Source: Vicugna vicugna (lineage: Eukaryota). Taken from it: a stretch of DNA of 64,000 bases. Each line of letters starts with the position of its first letter. Position 1 is the stretch's first letter. The notes below the pieces were generated by a model. That model made no database searches and was not told the DNA's origin. It worked only from the letters and a program-made list of their open reading frames with translations. Location of the stretch: contig MU058844.1 of NCBI GenBank assembly GCA_013265495.1, positions 13,104,184 through 13,168,183 of the forward strand, in the 5' to 3' direction. The position numbers and the translations under genes were made by a program. Positions 14,901-27,874 of this stretch are shown here, in pieces.

Positions 14901-15674
14901 CCCTTCCCTGGGCTTAAGTGGTAGAGATTTAGACTTAAAACGGTGGTTCAAAAGATCACATTAAAAGGCATGCCTTATAGCAATTTATTAGTGTTTCATG
15001 TCTTAGATAAACTGGGATAACTGAAAGAAGTGGAGGAGGAAGCTGGAGGGAGGAGCCGGAAGAGAAGGCTGGAGAAAAGGGGAAAGAGAGAACATAAACT
15101 GGTAATGATAAGCCCTTAAATATGGTGGTGGGGTTGAAGTGTCAGAAATTAGGAGCCTTAGGTCAGTGCCTGAAATCGGTGGGGCGTGCTGGAGTGGGAT
15201 AGAAACCATCACAAAGGCTAACTTCTCAATTTGGTCTCTGAAGTTCAAAACACAAAAGTTTATGGAAAGGAGGTGATTAGCTTTGAGGGGAATGCAGTGC
15301 TCTGGAGGCCTCCACTGGGATTAGTGCCAAGCGTATTGGCATATTGGGCACTGGTCTACCTAGTTTATATATTGTAGATTCTTCAAGAGGAGTCAGTGAT
15401 ACTGCTATAATCCATGTTAGCCTTATATCATTGTCGAGAAGGAAGTATATGAAGAAAGGTTAAGGAAAACAAAAGAATCACATATGAAGAATCAAAATGA
15501 ATGGATACATTGAGGCATCTGTAGTACAGAGTGGGAAAGGCAACTAACTTCAACTAGGTTGGTGAGTGCCCCGGAAAAAAACTGTATGCTCTAAAATGGA
15601 ACAGTTGCTGAAGGTGAGAATTACAGTAGATGACTCCAGCAGTCTGAAGTTTCAAGGAATACAACATTTAGAGA

Positions 15675-16095
15675 AGAGTTCTCAAACTTTTAAATCTCAG
15701 GACCCCGTTACATTCCTAAAAGTTGAGGACCTCAAATGACTTTTATGTGCATTACAGATGATTATTCATTGTTTCATTTTAAACAAGCCAATTAAATGTT
15801 CAAATAATCTTTTATATAAAAAGTAATTACTTTCCAAAACAAAAAAATTGAGTAGAGTGGCATTGTTTTGTTTTTGCAAATCTCTCTGGTTGAACAGCAA
15901 ATGACTGGATTCTAATATTTGCTTCTGTTTTGAATGTTTCCGTATCACATGCCACCTAGTCTGTGGAAAACTCCACTGGACACTTATGAGAGAATCAGCG
16001 TACCAAGCCAAATAACATTTGAGCATTATTATGTAAATACTTGACTTCCCCCTTGAAAGGGCCTGGGGACCCTTGGACCACACTTTGAGAACTTT
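15675..16095. mobile_element. hAT-Charlie element, MER119-like
   Basis: Inverted termini GTTCTCAAA...TTTGAGAAC; TCTCAGGACCCC. Confidence 0.6.
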
Positions 16096-16279
16096 TTTAA
16101 GAGCTAGTATTAGTCAATCCAGCTTCAATTGAAACATAGCCAGAGGTTTCACAGGCCCTGAGGATTTACATTCTCAAAAAGATGAAACAAATGTCCTCAT
16201 TATAAAGCACCCAGAAAGTAGATAAACATGCTATTTTCATCCATCAAAAGAACTAAAACATACAGAGGGATTGTGAGTC

Positions 16280-17700
16280 AGGTAAGACGTAAGAGCGGTA
16301 GGGACGAGAAGCATCCCCGGAAGCCATGGAGAACTACTGAGTGAGGAGTAACAAGACCGGCAGAGGACGGCCGCAGGGGTGTCGGGAGGAAAGAACTGTT
16401 GTTCTTAGGGGGAAAAAATGGGCGGGGAGAGAAAATGGTTACCGGGGGCCGGGGAGTTGGGGGAATTAGGCCGGGAACTAAGGAGCGCTCGCCGTCACGA
16501 AGCCGCAAGGCCGCACCTCGCGGCTGGCCCCGCGTCCTCACCCTTCCCGGCAACAAGACCTAGGGGGCGAGGTGGGCCGGGAGCGAGGCGTGCGGGTCAC
16601 GGCCCTTCTCGGGAACGGGAGCGGCTGAGTTCCCTTCCGGAGAAGCAGGGAGAAAAGAGACGGAGGGAGGCGTAATAGGGGATGGAGGCGGGAACCCGAG
16701 TAACCCAAGCCTCGCGCAGAGGGTTTGGAGGTCGCGGGGGGTGGGGGGTGGAGAAGAAGGACGGTTCTGTTGCTGGGCAACCCATCCTGGGCCCGCCTCC
16801 CGCTCGTGTTGCCAGGAGACAGCGAGGCCGGGGGGAGGGCGGCGGAGCGGGCCCTACGTGCTGACGCTAATTGTATATGAGCGCGAGCGGCGGGCTCTCG
16901 GGTCTTTTTTAGCGCCATCTGCTCGCGGCGCCGCCTCCTGCTCCTCCTGCCGCCGCCCTGAGTCACTGCCTGCGCAGCTCCGGCCGCCTGGCTCCCCGTG
17001 CTCGCCACCGGTAATGGATGGGGACCCGAAAGGAACGGGGGGACGTAGAGGCGGCCTGGCGGCCTGCGCGGGGGCTGGGGTGGAGGGACGGGGAACCGCG
17101 AGCGGCGGGCCGCTGGCCGCCCGGGGCCTCCCGGGTTGTCCTGTGAGGCCAGAGCCGGAGCCGTCCGCGGAGTCTCGACCCCGCAGCCGGAGAGGGCCCG
17201 CGGGGTCAGCCGGCACTTTATTCGGGAACCGATCGGGAGACCCGTTGGGGTCGGTGCGGCCCTGGAGGGTCGGGGGCCGTGCTGGTCTGCGTCGCGGTTC
17301 CCTGAGCCTCACCGGCTTCTCCGCGCGGGCAGGAGCGAGGCCGCGGCGACGCCGGGGCACCCTGACGAGGCAGCGGCCGCGCCGCTAGGGATCGGGAGGC
17401 GTCCGGGATGCGGGCCTGGCCCGGGTGCGTGGCCCACCGCCGCCTGGACGCCCCCGCTTACTCAAAAATAATCCTGGGAGGGAGGTGGCTGGGGGATGGA
17501 AAGAACCGCGGAGGCTGCGAATTCCGATGGGAGGGAGGGGCTGTGAGGGGGACGAGGCCCCGGGGCGGGGAGGGGGCGGGGAGGCGGCGAGGCTCCGGGG
17601 CTCCCCGCCCACTGGAGGCGGCGACCCGGCAGGGAGGGGAACCCCCCGGTGGCTTCCCTCGGCACGTGGCCTTCGCCTGGGCCTGATCGGAGACCCCAGT
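16280..17700. promoter_or_regulatory. NAP1L1: CpG island / NAP1L1 promoter
   Basis: Sharp rise in GC and CpG; GC boxes, ETS CTTCCGG sites, E2F-like GGCGGGAA 16687-16694, TACGTG+TGACG 16855-16866, TATATGA 16874, TCTTTTTT 16903-16910, YY1-like CGCCATCT, E-box CACGTG 17663. Confidence 0.93.
16904..17010 (+). other. NAP1L1: NAP1L1 exon 1 (5' UTR); start approximate
   Basis: Resembles the mammalian NAP1L1 leader (CTTTTTTAGCGCCATCTGCTCGCGG...CTGAGTCACTGCCTGCGCAGCTCCGG); donor CCG|GTAATG at 17011. Confidence 0.82.
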
Positions 17701-20700
17701 CTGGTTGTCCTTACTTTACTGAAAGTTGTGGAGATGGTGGGATGTGATAATGAATAGTGAACAGAAAAGTCCAGCCCTTGGGTTTCAAATTCTTCCCTGC
17801 TTCTCTTTGGTCTTAATCTTTTCACTGGTCCCAGAGGAAGGTGTGACTGATAGGTGATGGATGATGAAGCAGGGCCTCCTCCACTCTAGGGTTTTAAAGA
17901 AGTACCACGTGTAAAGCGCTTACGTTAGCTGCTGTTAACAAGAGTCTTGTGTGGCTGAAGTACAAGCCAGAATTTGGATGGGTGTCTTGACCAGGGTTTT
18001 TATTTGGGGAGAATTGATCCTAATCAATCTAATCCTGAACAGTTCCAAGGTAGAAGTAAAGGATTTGGCCTGCAGTGTCTTTAATTCTAGGACTTCAGTT
18101 GCTTTCCTGCGAATTAGTTCCTTTGTTGGAGTTCCCACTATAAGATGCTTAACTGGCTATTCTGTTTTTAAGGTGACTGGAGTTATGGTGGAGGAGGTAT
18201 TATGGGGTGCAGTGAGTCGTTAATATAAATGTATTGAGCCAAATTTGTAGCCTGCTGCCTTGTCAGTGTCCCCACTTTGCCCTCAAAAAGGAGGCAGTAA
18301 AGGGAGGCGGGGAAGGATGTCCTGTATGGGAAGGCTGGGTTTTCAGAGTAGGAGAAGGATGAACTGGGCACATGATGTCCTTAAGGAGCCCCTGTTGTAT
18401 TCTTCACTGTGTGATTAGTTAGGTCTGTAAGGATTGCACTTTAAAAGCGCACAACTTACACTGCTTACCTGATCTCAGGAGAGCTGAGCTGGAAAATGAA
18501 ATCTGTCATTTTTGAAAATAGATGGCATCAAAATACGTTGTCAGATTTAGGCTCTTTATTCTTGTCGGCTTTAATTAATACTACTACTACACTTATTTTA
18601 CTTAGGAAGTAATACATACTGCCTTTGATTGGATAAGGGGAAAACCTTATATTTAAAATAACTTATTTAAAGCTGACTGGAGATAAGTGAAGTTTACAGT
18701 GATCTTCTGGGACTAAAGTCTCATGCTTGTTTGAAGTTGTCTGAGTTCAAATTAATGGCCCAAATCTAAAATGTGCCATTTACTTTTTAAGAAGACTGGT
18801 CCTTTCATACCAGTTTGAAATCTTTGAAAATTTTATCTGTTGCAAAGTACCCATTTTTGACACTGGACCCATTGACGGGAAATTATTAAGCTAATACTAA
18901 ATGTGACACATGGTTGTTCTTGTTCTCTAGATACTAAAAAAAAAAAGAAAGAAAACCCAACACTTGTACCAGAACTAATTTAATCCACAGCGCTGTTGCT
19001 CATTTTCCTACTCAACTTGCTCATATTGCCTCCAGATGACTGATACTAAACACCCCCAGATATATTCAATATATTCAAGTTCTTTTGTAAGAAAAGGGGC
19101 TAAAAAAGTTAGAATCTATTTGACTTCAAGCTTAAAAAGATGTCAATAAAATACTGCTTTACTCACTTTGATCATTTTCTGCTTGATTGTAAATTTGAGA
19201 TATTAATGAAAGATAGGATTAGAGGGAATGAATCTTGATCAATTTAGAAAACTAATCAATATACTCATATCTTCAAGTCTAATCAAACCTTCAATTGTGT
19301 TCTTAGTTGATTCTTTGAGTAAATATTTTAGCTCGTATTTGGACACGTATCTTATTTGATGAGCCAACTAGGCAGATTGGTTGTCTTGATATAAAACGTT
19401 GAGTTGTGATGAGTGATTCGAAGAAAAAGAATGTGGGGGAAGTGAGAGATAGAGTAATCGTTCATAACATTCTTTATATGGAAGAATTTGTTAAAATGGA
19501 AATATTAAATCCCTTTTCATCCTAATTTCGTCTAAATAAGTTCTGTCGTTGTTGGGCAGAGTAGGGATTTGAGGGCAAGCACTGTTGCTTTCACTCATCC
19601 TTGTAAGCTGCTGAGTACTCCGACCACCGGATCCCATTACCCGGCTTGCTGTGCAAAGTGGCCTCCGTACTTCCGGTTACCAGCTCTGCCTTTACTACTA
19701 CATAGTTTGATATATTTTTCCTTGTTCAGAAGTTTTGTACGTTTTGATTTTTACTGAGAAAGGATGCTATACTTTTAGAGTTTATTAATTACTTTGAATT
19801 ATTTTCTAAGGTAAAGGATACAGAAGAGCATGACAGGAGTAAAGTAACAGTCAGCAATTATTGTATGATTATTCAGGCAATGCTTTAAGTCATTCTACCT
19901 GTATTAACTCATTTAATGCTCCTAGAGGTAGATAGTAAGCATCAATATTTTAAATGAGGAAACTGGTACAGAGCAGTTAAAGAATTTGTCCAAGTTACAT
20001 AACTGAGCAATGATGACTTATAATAAGGATTTTATATGGTTTAAAGGGAGTTCCTTGGCTTAAACTGGTACACTGTATACATCAGCGTGGAACTTAAAAG
20101 CACTCTTGTTTGGATTCCACTGTGCTTCAAGGAAAAGCTCTAGTACTTAAGAGTCATGAAGTCGTCTTCCAACGTGTGTCTGACACAGGAATCACTTGCT
20201 TTTGTTTGTTAACGCTGGGTGGATTTTCACCAAATAGCAGTTCAGCTCAGGTGTGTTTTTCTGCCGTTGGATCAGATAATACTTTAGATAATGAGATCCC
20301 TGGGACAGAAGATAGTGTCCTCACATAGGAGTTCGTTTGGCTTGAGACTCTAATACAAAAGTCAGTTCTAAGTTGACTTGATATCCCTGAGGTTAAAAAG
20401 GGAGCAGAAAGAATGAGGTGTTCTGAGCCCTCGGACCACTGAACTTTAGTTAATGTCCAAAATACAGATTTGTTTAAAATGCATTTGGAATGAGATATGA
20501 GCTCTGAGGTAAAGGGAAATCTTATCCTTGAGATATTACTGGTTCCCTTGAACTCTTTTGCTTTAAAACATTGGTAGTTTTTAATGATTGGCTGTTATAT
20601 CATTTTCTGTAAAGGGATGTAATTATAGGTGACTATAATCTTGTAGCTGTAGGCTGATAGGGAAGTCACCTTGGCTTTTGGAATAGTGAACTGGGTGGGC

Positions 20701-23314
20701 ATGGGTTTTGGAAGTCCTAGTTTTTTCACTTGTGTGTTGCTGAGCAAATTACTTACTATTTCACCTGCAAATATGAGGAACACCTATAATCTTACAGAAT
20801 AGGCTCCATAAATGTTAGCTTTCTTTCCTTCTCATTGAAGTAAGGAGAACTTATTCAGAATCAAGTTTACTGGAATGGTAGGTTATTTGATAGTACCTGT
20901 CTGGACGTTGAGCTATTATTGTAAGACCACAAAATAATCAGATGACCGCCTGATTGAATCGCTTGTTAATCTTTTGATTTCGCTTCGTGTTCAAGTTTTT
21001 AGGTTAAGATTAGCCTTCAGTCATGTTATTATGAAGCATGTCTTTCCATTGAGATCTTCTGTAACATATTTGATAGTGAGTTATTATAAACTTTTTATTT
21101 CTAGGAATTTTTCCTTAAAGTCTGGTTTTGCCAACATTAGTATAGTGACAGCATCTTTCTTTGGTTAAGCATTGTGTTTTACTGTGAAACTCTTTATATC
21201 CTAAGTGTGTTTCTTCAAAATGGGATGTAGTCTTTAATCTGACCATTTTTGAAGGGAACCTAGTTGATTTATGGGTAACGTAATTACAGTGATTAGGTTT
21301 AAAGCTGATTGTATATTGTTTGATTTTTCTTCTGCTTTGGAAGTTACATGTTCTGTTTCTGAAATTTTGGGGATCATGTTAGAAATTATAACATTCTTAC
21401 TTAACATTAGAATAATCTTATTTTCTCCTCTGTATCCTCACCACTGTCTTAATGTATGGTAGTTTAAATTTAACACAGTATGCAATGATGATATTATTTC
21501 TTTTAAAATATTTATTTAGATGTATGCAGATATCCTTTTTTGCCCCTCATTTCTTGTATCTTTAGACCTTCTGTTTGGGATCACTTGCCTTCTGCCTGAA
21601 GAATATACTTACAGAATTTATTAATGAGAGTGCTGGAGATATTTTTCCCTGAAAGTACTTGTTTCACCTTCATTCTTAAGGGCTGTTTTGGTTGATGATT
21701 ATATTCTAAGGTTCTTAGTTATTTTCAGCACATCGAGCACACAGCACATTCTGTTGTCTTCTGGTGTTTGTTGAAGAGAAAACAGCGATCCGTCTTTGGG
21801 GGCTTTTGAAATTAATCTGTCTTTTCTCGATGTGCTTTTGAGGTGACCTCTGTCTTTATTGTCTTGCCTTTTCACTGACACATCTAACTGTGGGTTTTTT
21901 GTTTGTCCTGATTGGGATTTGTAGGGCTGCCTTCCATTACTTCTGGAAAATTCACAGCTATTCTTCATATATTCTGCCCACTCTCTGTGATACTCCTAGA
22001 ACTTGTATTAAGTCTTTGTTAGACTTTATTGCATCCTAAAGTGTCTTTTCAGTATTTTTCATCCTCTAGTTTCTGCCATAGTTTGGAAAATTTATTCTAG
22101 GCTTGCTTCCAGCTCACCTAATTCTCCAGCTGTGTTTGGTTTACTGTTAAACCTGCCCATTTAGTTTGATTTCTGTTATTTTTATTTCTAGAAATTCTGT
22201 TTAGTTCTTTGCCAGATTTGGTCTATCATCTTTAATAAATGATCGTTCCTTGTAGATACTGCTCCAGACACTATTTCAAACTTAATAAGCATGGTGTTTT
22301 TTTCCACGTTTATATTTTGTTTATGGTCTTTCGAATGATATGTAAGTCTTTAGTAGGACTGGCTTGTGTTGTATTCATTTCTTTTGCCCCTGTTATTCTT
22401 GAAAATTGTTTTATTGAAGGTCTGAGGTGAAGATACCTTTCATTTACATTTGGGTATGCATGTGCCTAGAGACCACTTGAAGCTCACAGCTTAGGGTTTT
22501 GGGGGGGCAACACTGATGAGGTGAATTTCGGCTTCTGTCCAGGAGAACTCGCTTATTATCTCTGAGAATATTAGCACTTTGAGGTTCCTGCTTAATTAGG
22601 GAAGGTTGCCAAAGGATTCCCTACCTTGGATAGATAGGTCCAGGGCTTTAGGTTTCACCCCACAGTAGTTCAAATTGGGCAGTTGCCTTCACAGCAAAAA
22701 TAACTTCCTTCTACTTATTCTTTTGTTTCCTGTTTTGCCTTCAGTTTGGGTTACTTCTTTGGGTTATTTCTTACTATCTTATTAGGATTTTCCATGTTTT
22801 TAAGATTTTAACAAATGTTTTCAACTTTTTATCAGTAGAATTGGTCTGCATAATCTAGCTTGTCGCTAGCAGGAATGAAAATTGTTCAGATCTCTTAGAA
22901 AGCAACTTAATGTCTGATAATTTTATTTCACATTGATTTTACCTAATGTTGATTGCAGTAAAAAAATTAAAAATTAATATAGTGTTAACCTAAAGTTATG
23001 TTTCTCAGTGTGATCTGATTGTCTGAGACCACTTGCCTCAGAAGCTGGGTTTCTTGTTTAGACTGCGGATTTTTGAGACCACTCCCTCAGACCTGTGGGG
23101 TTTGAATCTGGGTATGGGAATCACTCTTTTTTTTTTTAATAAACTTATTCATAATTTTAGATTTAGTTCGAGGTTCCCACATGTCCCTTACCCAGTTTCT
23201 TCTAATGTTAACATCTTACATTACCATTTATTTACATTTATTGGTCAGTCTGTACATTTGTCAAGACCAAAAGACTGTTTTTAGCCATCATCCTGGCTAA
23301 TTATTTTGTAGAAA

Positions 23315-23955
23315 TGTTACCGGGGAAAGGGAAGTAAGAATTACCCCAGTTCTTAGTCACCCGAAAAAAAAGAATTTTTAACAAGATACAGAAAGCATGA
23401 TACAAGCAAGATTTTTATTAGTAAAGTAAAACAGTAGTAAAAGATAGTACACTCCCAAGAATTGGGAGCAGGCCAATCCAAGAGAGGAAAGATGGCGCTG
23501 CTGCTTTGTTTTTCCGTCTTATATCCTGGCTTAGGGTTGCTTTTGTGATTGATTGATTAACGGCTCAGGTTCCTTGAGTGATCAAGCTGATTGACAGCTC
23601 AGGTTCCTTGTGCTCAGGTTGATTGACAGCTCAGGTTCCTTATGCTCTGGCACTCCCGTCCTCTTTTGGGCAGGTTTTTATCCATGAAACACAGAGAAAC
23701 CTACGGGATGGGGCTCAAACTGTAGTGTTAATTGCATTATAATGAGCATTGGGTCGAGTTACACCAGGTCCTTCTCTTATACGCAGCTGCAGCGTTTTGA
23801 TTTTACCTGGCTTCTTTTGCTGGCCCTCATTTAGAGAAAGTAAAAATTTCTGGAGTCCCTTATCCTGAATGCAGACATACTGTTATTTTCTGGGTTATCC
23901 CTTTCGCCTTCCTCTCCCCCTGCCCAGTGCTCATTTCTGTCTTAACTGCCTAACA
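23315..23955 (-). mobile_element. 641-bp ERV1-class solo LTR in NAP1L1 intron 1
   Basis: TGTTA...TAACA termini, 4-bp TSD GAAA on both sides, minus-strand ATATAA and AATAAA. Confidence 0.85.
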
Positions 23956-26694
23956 GAAACACCGACCCCATGCTAGAGATAATTCAAAATGAACAGAGTG
24001 AAACATTTGCTTATGTTTATTGCACATGCTAAGATCAGACAAATATCTTTTACATAAATTTACTCCTTAAAAAGAAATCCAATGAGGAAACAATTTTTCC
24101 CTACTTTTTGTAAATAATAAGATCAGAAGTTGTTTGCCTGAGCAGGATTACTACAAAGCCACTGTCAACTTAAATGATCTGATTACAAAATTACACCTGC
24201 TTTTCTTTAAAAAACAGAAGTCTATACACCAAGAAATCTAATTTAGCTAGAGTGGGCAGATTGGAGAAGGCATCTCTGAAGAAATAAAAGCCATCCTGTT
24301 CTATCTTGACTCCTCTTTAATAAAGAATTAAAAGAATTTCATTATAAGAGTGTGAATTTTAAGTGTAATGCCACAGAGTGGACACTGAGGGTAGCAGTGT
24401 AGCCATTCTTTTGTGAACATGTTAAAATGTCATAAAAATTTTGAATTCAAAAGTTTTGGGTGTTTTTTGCTTCATATTTTTGATAATTGCTGAGATTTAC
24501 TAGACACTATATATTCAACCCAGCAAATTCTAAAATATTAAAAAGTATCTGAATGGGAAAACCAAATAATGCAGAATGGTACACAAGTTGTCAGTTACTT
24601 TAGACTTCCTCTAATAGGTAATTGCTGTTAGGTTTCTGGTGAATCTTTCCAGAAATGTTTTATTCATGAGGAAATCTGTACATGCATGAATATGCATATT
24701 CATGTATGTCCTGGTTGGACTTTGCCATACATCCTTTCTTTAATCCTGCTCTTTCTGTGTCAACTCAGATCTGCTTCATTTTTTATTGCAAAACATTCCA
24801 GTGTGTGCACCTTACACTCTAATACTAAGTTTACTTTTCGTAAGTAATTGTAGCCGCCATATATATGTGTATATAAACTTCGTATACTGCACTGAAGGAT
24901 ATGGTGCAGTGATTGACAGACACATATATAACCCCTGTAATCATGAATCTTGTGGCCTGGTCAATTGGGAGACAGACCGTGGTTAAATAATCACACTAAT
25001 TTATAATGGAAGACATGAGATCTTATGATGGAAAAAAATGAGCTTTATAGGAGTGTGTACAACCAAGAAATCTTAGGAAGTACAAGTTGGAGAAGGCATC
25101 TCTGAAGAAGTAAATGCCAACTTACTCTGCCTTGAAGAAGTAAAGCTTTGAGCTGAGAGCCAAAGTATGTGCAGGACTTCTTAACTGGGGGTTTAGAGGA
25201 ACCTGTTGGGTGAACATGAAGTGTGCACAGGGCCTTAAATCCTATAAGTGAATAACCAAGGCTGGAATGGACCTATTTAAGGCTTTTCATACTTTGTGGC
25301 CAAATTGCTCTCCAGAACGATAATAGTTTATAGGAACACTAGCTGTATTTAAGAATGCATATTCACCATAATTTCCCCAGCATTAAAAGAAAAATTAGAA
25401 TTCCACTTGTGTTTCTTTGACTCAGTATTTTTCATAATTTTGAATTATTTCTATGTGACTTTTTTGCTAAATGTCTTGTTAATGCTGGCTAATTACCCAG
25501 CACTACTAGAGAAATCTGTCAGTGCTACTAGAAATTATTTATAGCAAATAGAAAATATTTAAAAATAGTGTAGGATACATGAGGAAGAAATATTTCCTTT
25601 ATAATTGTCTAAAGGGTGGAAGTTGGATCAGTAATATTCCAAATATTAGCACTTGACTGCTAAAATCAGTAACTCTTAGCTGTTTAGGTAAAAAGCATAT
25701 TAAGCATGTTGGTATGAGGAATCACATCTTGTAGCATTTTGTGAGTTAAAGATGAAGGTTTTAATTTTTAAAAGATTAAAGACTTAATTTTAATGTGGGA
25801 TTCTAAGCTTGATTTTGTTTTTCTTCAAAATCTGCATTACTTATGGCATTCAGCCTTTTTTTTGGGTGAATGTAACATGTTTTATCTTGAGTTTTGGTTT
25901 TCTAAAAGCAGTATTCTCTAAATTAATACTACTCTTATAGTGAGAAAGAACTTCAGATATGCTCTAATCAGTCCTAACAGTATTTCTGTCTGATAACCAA
26001 GAACATTATGGACAATGTGTCACCATATCCAGCATAGGCTAGGGGCATCGTGGTATTCAGTGGTGTGACGTGGGGTGTGTTTGAAGAGACAGGGAAGGTT
26101 TACTTGACATAAGTTGGGACCCAGAGCTCTGTAACTGTCATTAAATAGTTTAAAGGGATGACATTTGATAACAAGAATTATTAAACTTTATTCATGGGGA
26201 AGAGGGCATAGAGTACTGAGGTGGTACATTTTGGCTTTTTAACATGAATGATAAAAATTAATACTGTTAAAAATCAAGTGGCTTTGCTCTGTGAGGTCCT
26301 TAGCAGGTCAAAAATTTAAGCCAAAAATGACCATTCATGGTTGTTAAAGGAATTTGAATAAAGACCCATTTTATTGTTCCTTTTCTGTGATTCTAGCATA
26401 CATCAGATTCTTCTAACCAACTGTGCTATTGGCCATGTGAATGTAGAGTAGCAGCTTGTTTTAAACAGTATCCTGTGAAAAATTACTTTAGTGATTTGTG
26501 TTCCATGGTTTTTCTCAACACTGATGCTTTTTTAATGAGAGTATACATTTTTTCTCGGGATAGTTTTCAACGTGGTATATTGATTTAAAGGGTTTTTGGC
26601 ATCAAATGTTGTTACTGATTTTAAATGAGTCATATGCTTTTTTTTTTATTTAACATTGATGTTTCTCTCCATAGGTACTTGGTCGTCATACAAC

Positions 26695-26711
26695 ATGGCA
26701 GACATCGACAA
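26695..26711 (+). CDS. NAP1L1: NAP1L1 exon 2 coding part (exon 26675-26711), MADID(N)
   Basis: Acceptor ctccatag|, start context ACAACATGG, donor |GTAAGT. Confidence 0.95.
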
Positions 26712-27299
26712 GTAAGTGGCAGATAGTTGGTTCTTTTTTCAGGGATTTGGCATCATTTTGAACAGTGTAATGTAGTTAGCAGCAGTACTGACTATGTATT
26801 ATGAAAATGTATGGTGATGACTAATGCTTAGTACCTACTGTTTTCAAAGTTGGGTACAGTGTATCCAAGACAGAATATAGTATACAGAATTACCATCATA
26901 AATATAGTAAACCATTTGTCAGTATTTATTCTTAGGAAAGTGCTGAGCACAATAATGAGTCATAAATATTTGGAGAATTCATTTTCTACCATTTCCCAAA
27001 GATTTTACTACTTGCATTGTAATGTATCATAAATACAAGATAAAAATATTGTAAGATGTATGTGTGGAGTTTAAAGAATAACGGGACAATTGTGTTCAAG
27101 TTTTTGAAAATGGAAGATTACTGTAGGAAGCCCTGTGTGTCTCTCAATTTCATCCTTCACCTTTCCTCTCCAGAGGTATCAATATTATCTTGATCTTTGT
27201 CTAATTCCTTTCTTTGTTTTTCTTTGGAGTTTTACCACCTACAAATTCTTAATCAGTGTTTACTTTTGAAAATCTGAATGGTAGTCACACACTTAGCTG

Positions 27300-27874
27300 T
27301 GTAAAGAGAAACACAGTGTTACCAATATTAATTGAGGGGTCCAAGGTAGGAGAACAAAAAGCAAAAGAGACTGGGTCATGGTCTGGCTTCAGCTTTCCTG
27401 AGTCTCTACAAGGTCTTATTTTGGAGAAGCCGTTGGGCAAGGTCATGCATCCTGGAAACATAGGTTTATTGAAATTGGCATCTTGCAGGGTTCTTCTGTG
27501 GATGGATGTCTTGTAGAAGTGTGGTCAAGGAGAATGGGTTGAGCTATACTATTTGCTGCTTGTCTTTTCACAGGAGTGCCAACTCAGAGAAGGAGATTAA
27601 AAAAAAACAATTCAGGAGGGAGGGGTTATGACGTTACTAGCCACGGCTGTTGTAGGCAGCAGAGCATGGAGTTGGGAGGGCTGGAAACCTTATCACTTAT
27701 CATGAGGGCAACACATTGAAATACTGGTAAGATTTCTAGCCAGTTCTCCCATGTACCCTGTCTTCAGCATAAAAAAGAAGAGTGGCAGCAGGCATTTTAA
27801 TGATAATGACTCTCAAAGTGATTGTCTTCTGAATCATGCCGCTCCAGTGCGGATTACTTAACCTTGGTTACACA
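27300..27874. mobile_element. ERV solo LTR (~575 bp) in NAP1L1 intron 2, nested in L1 remnants
   Basis: TG...CA termini with candidate TSD GCTG (27296-27299 / 27875-27878). Confidence 0.6.

Noticed and set aside
16278..17825. Many overlapping 60-215 aa ORFs on both strands
   Set aside because: Stop-poor CpG-island DNA giving R/G/P/A-rich translations with no homology I recognise
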